A DNA stretch of 12,749 nt from Bacteriovoracaceae bacterium (lineage in GTDB: Bacteria; Bdellovibrionota; Bacteriovoracia; Bacteriovoracales; Bacteriovoracaceae): contig JBMYPC010000091.1 of assembly GCA_049599895.1 (NCBI GenBank), forward strand, positions 1-12,749, written 5' to 3'. Below the pieces are notes generated by a model. That model saw only the letters and a list, made by a program, of their open reading frames with translations. It did no database searches and was not told where the DNA came from. This document shows, piece by piece, positions 1-6,410 of the stretch. Every line of letters starts with the position of its first letter. Position 1 is the first letter of the stretch. The position numbers and the translations under genes were made by a program.

Positions 1-2
1 TT

Positions 3-110
3 CAATTTCTCATAAAGACTCAAGAAAACATGGATTGGGAGAGAATTAAAAAATACGCCGATCTTTTTTCAGAATGGGATGTCATTAATGAAATCAAAAA
101 AAAGAATTAA
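3..110 (+). CDS. 3' end of a gene entering from the left; possibly a nucleotidyltransferase-fold (AbiEii/DUF6036-like) protein
   Basis: Frame +3 is open from base 3 to TAA at 108-110: QFLIKTQENMDWERIKKYADLFSEWDVINEIKKKN*. The 'DWxxIxxYAxLF' helical tail resembles the C-termini of small NTase-family proteins (recalled pattern, only 35 aa visible). Confidence 0.5.
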   Translation, partial: QFLIKTQENMDWERIKKYADLFSEWDVINEIKKKN

Positions 111-229
111 CTTAAATTCATACTTTGATTTTTTAAAGCAGTACTTTGCGCTTTTTAACTTCAAAAAAATTATAAGAAAAAAAATCAAGACGGACTTAAA
201 TCTACTTTGACTTTAAAAAGAGCAGCGCT
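110..229. repeat. imperfect intergenic direct repeat (~35-40 bp units)
   Basis: ACTTAAAT..TACTTTGA..AGCAG..GCGCT occurs at 110-152 and again at 194-229. A third TACTTTG lies at 142-148. Confidence 0.45.
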
Positions 230-253
230 AAAAAATAGAAATCATTAAGTTTC

Positions 254-342
254 GAATTATGAATAGGTACGTGGTTACTTATGGGACTTGTCGCGTTGGA
301 TGCATGTGCTCCCAAAGGTAACCACGTACTTCTTACTAATTC
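254..342 (+). other. long imperfect hairpin (candidate structured RNA or terminator between convergent genes)
   Basis: GTACGTGGTTAC (267-278) is the perfect reverse complement of GTAACCACGTAC (318-329). The stem extends inward with TTATGGGA/TCCCAAAG (279-286/310-317) and outward with GAATTA/TAATTC (254-259/337-342). Confidence 0.7.
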
Positions 343-365
343 AGAGCAACACAATCCATTTTTAT

Positions 366-1679
366 CTAAATCGACTTAACCCAAATAAAGACTCGATCTT
401 TTCCCGGAGGGTTTTCAGTACGCGTCCGACTTTCGTAAAGAACACCTTGGCGCTTTTTCATAACGTTTGAAAGAAAGTTCTCAGTATTACCTTTGGGAAC
501 AAAAAGATTGTAATAAAGGCCTCCTGGAACAATCGTTCCTGGTTTCACTTGCTCGGCTTGTTCGACAGAAAACTGTGTCAAAATGTCATTTAAAGATGCT
601 TTAGATCCAAAGAGATCCGTTGATTTTAACATCACTCGATAAACTTTATAGCGACCGTAACGATAGGCCCTTAGACCTTTTTTACTTCCTTCTTCATAAG
701 CAGATCTCTGGGCTTCAACATCCTCAACGTCCCCTTCAATCCCTTCCCATGAAGTTAGAATCACATCAGACTCGGTTCCGTCTCTTTGGATGATCTCACG
801 TTCTTCGATATTTTCATCAGGCTTATCAAGGTTCTCAAGATCGACACCAAGACCTTCTGTCTTCGTAAACGATATAGGTTCACGATAAGTGATATCTTTA
901 TCTAGCCACTGAAGCTTAGGTTCATAGATACTGATTTTATCTTTAATGATTTTTTCATAGCGTTCATTGAAAAATTTAAGGCCTGCAAAAATTAAAAAAC
1001 AAAGAACAAGAAGACCAAGAATGACTCCAGCGGTTCGAAAAACACCTTTCCAAATTGAGAAATGATCATCAAAGCTCTCTTCACCAGGAACTCTTTTGAA
1101 TTGTCTTTTTATTTTTTTGAGAAATGTTCGCCAGTCTTCATAAAGAGTGATTTCAAGGCAAGGCATGATTTCATCGGCATGACTTCCCCTATCAGGCTTT
1201 TCGATATGAAGCTCTTTTGAAAGCTCTGAATAAGTAAGATAAGCATTGCTTGAAAGTTCATAAGTCACTTGAAATCGATGACTCAAATGCTCTTCAAGAT
1301 AAGGGTATCTCTCAAGAAAAAAGCTTCGAAGCAAAGAGGCCACATGACCTAAACGAAGATTTGAAAGTTCTGACAAGCGAATAACAGAAGCATCTTTGTA
1401 AGTAAAAAGATAACAAATAAACTTCTCTCTCAACCATTCAAACCATGAATACAGAGGTCCTGTCTTTGAAGAATTAATCACAAAATCAAATCGTTCAAAC
1501 ATCTCACTCGTTTGAATATCATCTACAAAAAAGACTTCCCAGAAATCTTCAAACTCTTGAGTGTATCTTCCCTGCCACGTGATATCTTCTAGCTGAAGAC
1601 AAAGCCATTCCCTAAAGTCGTTAAAATCAACGACTTTTAAAACTTCATGAATATTTTCAATCTCTACACTTTCACTCAT
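366..1679 (-). CDS. hypothetical single-pass membrane protein (437 aa)
   Basis: Long ORF with one hydrophobic segment, GVILGLLVLCFLIFAGL (~aa 218-234), separating two soluble halves. It starts 12 bp after the thiolase stop, so it is probably co-transcribed. No family recognised. Confidence 0.8.
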   Translation of the reverse strand: MSESVEIENIHEVLKVVDFNDFREWLCLQLEDITWQGRYTQEFEDFWEVFFVDDIQTSEMFERFDFVINSSKTGPLYSWFEWLREKFICYLFTYKDASVIRLSELSNLRLGHVASLLRSFFLERYPYLEEHLSHRFQVTYELSSNAYLTYSELSKELHIEKPDRGSHADEIMPCLEITLYEDWRTFLKKIKRQFKRVPGEESFDDHFSIWKGVFRTAGVILGLLVLCFLIFAGLKFFNERYEKIIKDKISIYEPKLQWLDKDITYREPISFTKTEGLGVDLENLDKPDENIEEREIIQRDGTESDVILTSWEGIEGDVEDVEAQRSAYEEGSKKGLRAYRYGRYKVYRVMLKSTDLFGSKASLNDILTQFSVEQAEQVKPGTIVPGGLYYNLFVPKGNTENFLSNVMKKRQGVLYESRTRTENPPGKDRVFIWVKSI

Positions 1680-1691
1680 TTTAAATTAACT

Positions 1692-2888
1692 CTAGCTTGC
1701 CCTTTCTAAATAAATGGCAATTCCCTGACCACCACCGATACAAGCTGAAACCATAGCGTTTTCTTTATCAAGTTTTTGCATTTGCCGAGCAGCTGTTAAA
1801 GTGATTCTTGCTCCAGTTGCAGCAAGAGGATGACCGATTGCAATTGATCCTCCCCAGAGATTTAATCTTTCTTGAGCTAACTCTAGTTCTTGAGCGCAGG
1901 CAATCGCTTGAGCTGCAAAAGCTTCATTAATCTCAACAATGTTCATATCATCAAGAGTCTTGTCCACTTTTTTAAGAACGCCTCTGATAGCAGGTGCTGG
2001 TCCTATCCCCATAATTTTTGGTTCGACGCCAACAACATGGTGATCAACAATTCGGGCCAGTGGTTTTAAATTATGTTCTTTCACAAATTCTTCATCGGCG
2101 ACTAAGACAGAAGCTGCACCATCAACAATTCCAGACGCCGTTGCAGGAGTGACGGTACCACCCTTTTCAAAAGAGGCCCTCAACTTCGCCATCTCTTCAA
2201 GTGATCCATCCCCACGGACATGTTCATCTTGAGAGAGTTCTCCTCTTTTTAAAGCAACAGTACAAACTTCATCACTAAAATGACCTTGTTCATAAGCAGA
2301 ACAGGCAAGCTTATGAGAGTTCAAACTAAACTCCTCGCAAGCTTCTCTTGAAATTTGAAACTTCTTAGCAAGGTTCTCTGCTGTAATTCCCATAGGAGTT
2401 CCGCAGTGCTTATCTGTTAATGAATCGAGAAGAATATCTTCTGATTTAAGTGCACCATACTTCGTTCCAAATCTTCCACCATAAGTCAGATGAGGAGCAC
2501 CAGACATGGCCTCAGCACCGGCAGCGAGTACACACTTCGCTTCATCTCTTAAAATAATATTATAGGCATCAATGATTGCCTGAAATCCTGAACCACATAA
2601 ACGGTTCACACTATAAGCTGGAGTTTCTAATTTACAGCCAAGTCTTAAAGCAAGATGTCTACCTGCATATAAGGTATCTGTTGTTGTTGGAATAACTGAG
2701 GCAAAGACAACATGATCAATAAGCTCGGGACTAATATTTAAACTCTGAATTAAAGCCCGAGAAGAATGCTCGGAAAGATCAACAGGAGAGAGGCTTTTTA
2801 GGCTTCCACCGAAGCGTCCAAATGGTGTTCTTCTACCGTCAACAATATAGATATTTCGGGCACTTGCGTAGCCTTTCCACTGGGCCAT
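1692..2888 (-). CDS. acetyl-CoA C-acyltransferase (thiolase)
   Basis: Motifs RTPFG, NRLCGSG (catalytic Cys), EINEAFA, GHPLAATG (catalytic His) and SACIGGGQG (second Cys). Strong RBS AAGGAGG 5 nt before the ATG. Confidence 0.96.
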   Translation of the reverse strand: MAQWKGYASARNIYIVDGRRTPFGRFGGSLKSLSPVDLSEHSSRALIQSLNISPELIDHVVFASVIPTTTDTLYAGRHLALRLGCKLETPAYSVNRLCGSGFQAIIDAYNIILRDEAKCVLAAGAEAMSGAPHLTYGGRFGTKYGALKSEDILLDSLTDKHCGTPMGITAENLAKKFQISREACEEFSLNSHKLACSAYEQGHFSDEVCTVALKRGELSQDEHVRGDGSLEEMAKLRASFEKGGTVTPATASGIVDGAASVLVADEEFVKEHNLKPLARIVDHHVVGVEPKIMGIGPAPAIRGVLKKVDKTLDDMNIVEINEAFAAQAIACAQELELAQERLNLWGGSIAIGHPLAATGARITLTAARQMQKLDKENAMVSACIGGGQGIAIYLERAS

Positions 2889-2969
2889 AATTTCCTCCTT
2901 GTTGGGTCCTAAAAGGTTAACATATGCTTTTAATCAGGGGTAGTTTTTTACCCTAGAAGTGAAGGAAAT

Positions 2970-3398
2970 ATGTCGGCTAATATTTCACAAGTACGTTTAA
3001 GACAGTATCAAGAACAACAGACGAAAAATAATCTCAACGAGATTAAAAAGATTAAGTCTGATCACAGTAATGTTGTTCAAAAAGAACTCAAGGCACAAAA
3101 AGTTGAGCTTACACGAATGCGTGATGATCATGATGACCAAATGGAAAAGCTAAAGTCTGACCTTGAAATCAAATTAACTGAACTTCGCGGAAAGTCTGAT
3201 AGAACCTACTCTGAAGAAAAAAGACGACTTGAACAAGAAGTCACCGCCATGAAAAAAGCCCATGACGATAAAGTGACTGAAATCAAGATGAGTCATGAAA
3301 ACGAGATTCAAGATCTTATTGAGTCTCATCAAAAATCTGTTGATCTTGCAAGACGCAGATTCTTAAAAGAAAAAGTAAAGTGGGAAAACGCCACTTAA
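2970..3398 (+). CDS. hypothetical coiled-coil protein (142 aa)
   Basis: RBS GAAGGA just upstream of the ATG. The protein is E/K/Q/R-rich and heptad-like, with no Pro and no hydrophobic segment. Confidence 0.8.
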   Translation: MSANISQVRLRQYQEQQTKNNLNEIKKIKSDHSNVVQKELKAQKVELTRMRDDHDDQMEKLKSDLEIKLTELRGKSDRTYSEEKRRLEQEVTAMKKAHDDKVTEIKMSHENEIQDLIESHQKSVDLARRRFLKEKVKWENAT

Positions 3399-3461
3399 TC
3401 TTATAACCCTGCAAAAGGGATCAAAGGAATTGATCTCTAGGCCAAAACAAGGATTGTTATT

Positions 3462-3899
3462 ATGTCTGAAAAAACTCCTCCGCAACAACAAGGCTATTTT
3501 ATTAATGGTAAAGCGCAAATCATCGAGATGCTTGAACATATGACTCCTGATGAAAGAGACACTCTTATTCGAAACGTAAGAATGAGAAACCCTCAACTGG
3601 CCAGTGAACTTTTAGAAAAATCAACTTCATTCAGAGACCTTGATCGTCTTTCCGATCGAGACCTTCTTCCCCTTGTGGATGGAACAAACCCAAAAATTAT
3701 GGGTCTTGCTCTTAAGACAGCTCCCGTGAGCTTTCAACGTCGAGTTCTCTCTCTTGCAGACAGAAACTATGCTGAAGAAGCTTACGCTATCATGAACCAA
3801 CGTTATGCTAATGAAAGAAGAGATGCGACGAGAGCACAGAATAAGATTCTTTCTAGCTTTGCTCAGCTTGTTCGTTCGAAACGAATTGGGGTGAATTAA
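3462..3899 (+). CDS. stand-alone FliG C-terminal-domain-like protein (145 aa)
   Basis: Matches the FliG_C pattern: NPQLASEL..SFRDLDRLSDRDL...MGLALKTA...AQNKIL (compare DPELAEEI..FEDL..LDDR.I...LALALKGA...AQ.KI). AAGGA RBS upstream. It lacks the FliG N and M domains. Confidence 0.8.
   Translation: MSEKTPPQQQGYFINGKAQIIEMLEHMTPDERDTLIRNVRMRNPQLASELLEKSTSFRDLDRLSDRDLLPLVDGTNPKIMGLALKTAPVSFQRRVLSLADRNYAEEAYAIMNQRYANERRDATRAQNKILSSFAQLVRSKRIGVN
3833..3899 (+). repeat. direct repeat copy 1 (attL-like): last 21 codons plus stop of the FliG_C-like gene
   Basis: AGCACAGAATAAGATTCTTTCTAGCTTTGCTCAGCTTGTTCGTTCGAAACGAATTGGGGTGAATTAA, 63/67 identical to 6411-6477. The exact 42-bp core is 3840-3881 = 6418-6459. 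Confidence 0.95.
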
Positions 3900-3934
3900 T
3901 CATCCGAACTCTGATCTCGAAAGAGACATCATTT

Positions 3935-4567
3935 TCAATAACATTTTCTGCATTCTTTGGGGTTAAACTTAGAACAACTCATGCAACCTAATTGTACATA
4001 AGAGTCTCCCTCAAACTGATATCTCCCCTCTCCCCAAAACTCTATTTTACTTTTCAAACTAAATATTCGCACAGTTCCCCAAATTGCACTTCCAGAACTA
4101 AATGGAAAAACAGCAAATTCTAAAAACCCATCATTATCCAAATCAGCTAAATACTTTTGCTTTCTAATTCTCACGAAAGGAACCTCACTCCAATAAGCAT
4201 CATCATCTCTTCTTAGCTTCATTCTTTCCACAACTTTGCCATCTTTAATTCTTAGAAGTTCTTGATACCCTCTTTCGTAAAGATCTTCCGAGTTTTCGTT
4301 TATCACCTTAAAATGAATTATGATTTTCTCATTATTATTTACTTCTAATTCTATTTTCCAACAAGGTGTATCGCCGATCTCATAAACCTTAAATTTTGAA
4401 TCAACTGTACAGCGAACCTTAAGCTTTTTATTGAAGTCATAAACATTCGTTTCTCTGGAGCCTGGATTATTGTTTGCGATAGAGCATCCGCCTAAAGTCA
4501 AAAAATAAGAAACTAAAAGTAAACTAATTTTTAGATTTTTCGTATAGGTCAAAAACCTTGTTTGCAT
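3935..4567 (-). CDS. predicted lipoprotein, Cys-rich, with DxDxDG motif (210 aa from the ATG at 4567)
   Basis: The ATG at 4567 is preceded by GAGGGAG-AAAAAT, so it is preferred over the track's 4615 start. MQTRFLTYTKNLKISLLLVSYFLTLGG-C28 gives a basic N-region, hydrophobic core and LGGC lipobox-like site. Also contains ADLDNDGFLE and a C-terminal CMSC..ECRKC. Confidence 0.75.
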   Translation of the reverse strand: MQTRFLTYTKNLKISLLLVSYFLTLGGCSIANNNPGSRETNVYDFNKKLKVRCTVDSKFKVYEIGDTPCWKIELEVNNNEKIIIHFKVINENSEDLYERGYQELLRIKDGKVVERMKLRRDDDAYWSEVPFVRIRKQKYLADLDNDGFLEFAVFPFSSGSAIWGTVRIFSLKSKIEFWGEGRYQFEGDSYVQLGCMSCSKFNPKECRKCY

Positions 4568-5186
4568 ATTTTTCTCCCTCTTTATCCCAAGAATGATAAT
4601 ACCTGACACCTCCATACATTCGGTCTTTTTTTAATTTTTTCTTTTTCCAAGGTGATGTTGTAACTTTATAAATTAACCAGCGAGTTCCTGCTGCTATATT
4701 TGTGTTTACCTCTCGAGCTTCTTCTTGGGTTATATCTATATTTGCTTTACGAACTTCGTTTCCAAGCTTTCGAGCTAAAATCCTCATTGTCTTTTTTAGA
4801 ATTTGCATAAGTCCTGTTGCTGAACTTCCTGGCATTTTTGTAATAACTCTTTCTCTAAAACTCGACTCGATTGCAATGATTGCTTTTACAAGTAACGGAT
4901 CAATATCCTCTTTAATTAATCCCTGATTTTTCCAGTATTTTAACCAGAACTGTATTAGTTGATCGTATTGACCTTTATCTTGTGGAAAGCCTTTAATTTT
5001 TTTTAGTGTTTTGTATTTGTACTTATCTTTTAGGTCTTCATAGATATAATTCAAGTTTGATTTATAAAGAAAATGCCTCTTAGATTTAGAGTTTTTGCGA
5101 CAATGAGCCTCCACAATGTGCTTAATTCCTCTTTTGCTTATCCTAATATGCCTATTTACATAGTGAAACCCAGGTCTACATTTCAT
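4524..5186 (-). CDS. lytic transglycosylase (SLT / lysozyme-like fold) domain protein (220 aa)
   Basis: SLT motifs in order: IDPLLVKAIIAIESSF (catalytic Glu-Ser), ATGLMQI, NIAAGTRWL and VRYYH (AxYN-equivalent), followed by Y(A)NKV. GAGG RBS lies inside the upstream gene. No signal peptide. Confidence 0.88.
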   Translation of the reverse strand: MKCRPGFHYVNRHIRISKRGIKHIVEAHCRKNSKSKRHFLYKSNLNYIYEDLKDKYKYKTLKKIKGFPQDKGQYDQLIQFWLKYWKNQGLIKEDIDPLLVKAIIAIESSFRERVITKMPGSSATGLMQILKKTMRILARKLGNEVRKANIDITQEEAREVNTNIAAGTRWLIYKVTTSPWKKKKLKKDRMYGGVRYYHSWDKEGEKYANKVFDLYEKSKN

Positions 5187-6336
5187 CTAACTTTTCCTCT
5201 AGAAACAGCTCCAGGTTTGTAATCCAAGCCCCATCTCCGCCAGGATATTTTGAATCAACTTGAGCAATACACCACATTTCATCAGGTTTCAAAAACTTCA
5301 CTGAATTCCAAAACCCCTTTCCTATTTTAGGAGCTGTGGAGGATTTAATTTCAATCGCTATCTTTTTGAGCCCCTTCTTAAGGACAAGGTCAATTTCATT
5401 ACCAGTAGAGTCTCTGTAAAAATACGCGTCCCATTTTGAAAAACTTGTAATTATATTCTCTATAACAAGTGTCTCAAAAGATCCGCCTACGACGGGATGG
5501 CCAAGTAAATCATTTATTTCATGTATTCGTAACAAAGAATGAAGTATCCCCGTATCTCTAATATAGACTTTGGGCGATTTAACTAAACGTTTTTTTTCAT
5601 TAGTGTAATAAGGCTGTAAAACTCTAACTACTAAGGTTTCTTCTAAAATGTGAATATAGTTCTTTATGGCATGAATAGAGACATCTAGAGAAGAAGCGAG
5701 CTTAGCATAGTTCATCAATTGTCCTTGCGTATGTGCAAGCATTGTCCAGAATTTTTTTAAAACACTTGCAGGAACTCGAAAGCCAAGACTTGGAAGATCT
5801 CTTTCTAAAAATGACTTTATGTAATCGTTCCTCCAACTAAAAGAAGTCTCATCATCTTTTGCAAGTAGTGACCTTGGGTAGCCTCCCCTCAACCAATATT
5901 CAAAAAAGTTTATGTCTAGTACTTCCAATCTCAAAAACGGAGTTATTTCCAGATAAGCAATTCTCCCTGCTAATGTCTCCCCACTTTGCTTAATTAGGTC
6001 TCTTGATGCTGAACCTAGAATTAAAAACTGTGTGTTCCTCTCTTTACTGTCAATAACTCCTCTCAGTACTTTAAAAAGCTCTGGAAGGTGTTGGATCTCA
6101 TCTAAGCATATTAGCTTGTCAGCATTAACACTCAAGAATAGCTCTCGATCTTGCTCAATTTTTTCTCGGTCAGAATCAAGTTCAAGATCAAGATAAACGG
6201 ACTTTTCAAATTGGCCCACAATCATTTTTGCCAAGGTTGACTTACCAACTTGCCTTGCTCCAAGCAAGGCCACTGCCGGATTATTTTCTAATCTTTTTAA
6301 AAATTTTTGAGTAATGTACCGCTCTATTTTTTGCAT
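5176..6336 (-). CDS. AAA+ ATPase with C-terminal DUF4143 / PD-(D/E)xK-like domain (386 aa)
   Basis: Walker A GARQVGKST and Walker B ICLDEIQ, plus ILGSAS, ETLAGR, RGGYP, KRLVKSPKVYIRDTG and YFYRDSTGNEIDLV...IEIK. These are hallmarks of the AAA_14 + DUF4143 family. Confidence 0.92.
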   Translation of the reverse strand: MQKIERYITQKFLKRLENNPAVALLGARQVGKSTLAKMIVGQFEKSVYLDLELDSDREKIEQDRELFLSVNADKLICLDEIQHLPELFKVLRGVIDSKERNTQFLILGSASRDLIKQSGETLAGRIAYLEITPFLRLEVLDINFFEYWLRGGYPRSLLAKDDETSFSWRNDYIKSFLERDLPSLGFRVPASVLKKFWTMLAHTQGQLMNYAKLASSLDVSIHAIKNYIHILEETLVVRVLQPYYTNEKKRLVKSPKVYIRDTGILHSLLRIHEINDLLGHPVVGGSFETLVIENIITSFSKWDAYFYRDSTGNEIDLVLKKGLKKIAIEIKSSTAPKIGKGFWNSVKFLKPDEMWCIAQVDSKYPGGDGAWITNLELFLEEKLDEM

Positions 6337-6344
6337 ATGTAATG

Positions 6345-6372
6345 ACTATACTCACATTTACAAAAAAGTCAA
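6345..6372 (-). promoter_or_regulatory. putative sigma70 promoter for the islet operon
   Basis: On the minus strand: TTGACT (6372-6367), 16-bp spacer, TATAGT (6350-6345), then 8 nt to the ATG at 6336. Each box matches consensus at 5/6. Confidence 0.65.
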
Positions 6373-6410
6373 ATAACTCTTTAATTTCAGTCGCTTAGAA
6401 ATTACGACAA

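Noticed and set aside
288..470. 60-aa + strand ORF
   Set aside because: It starts inside the hairpin, runs antisense to the 437-aa gene and has no recognisable features.
310..498. 12-nt complementarity between the hairpin arm TCCCAAAGGTAA (310-321) and TTACCTTTGGGA (487-498) in the adjacent CDS
   Set aside because: It is a single 12-mer that would compete with a much stronger local stem, and it cannot be distinguished from chance without conservation data.
4568..4615. Longer start (4615) for the lipoprotein ORF given in the track
   Set aside because: It creates a 92-bp overlap and puts the lipobox Cys at position 44. The ATG at 4567 has a good RBS and a normal signal length.
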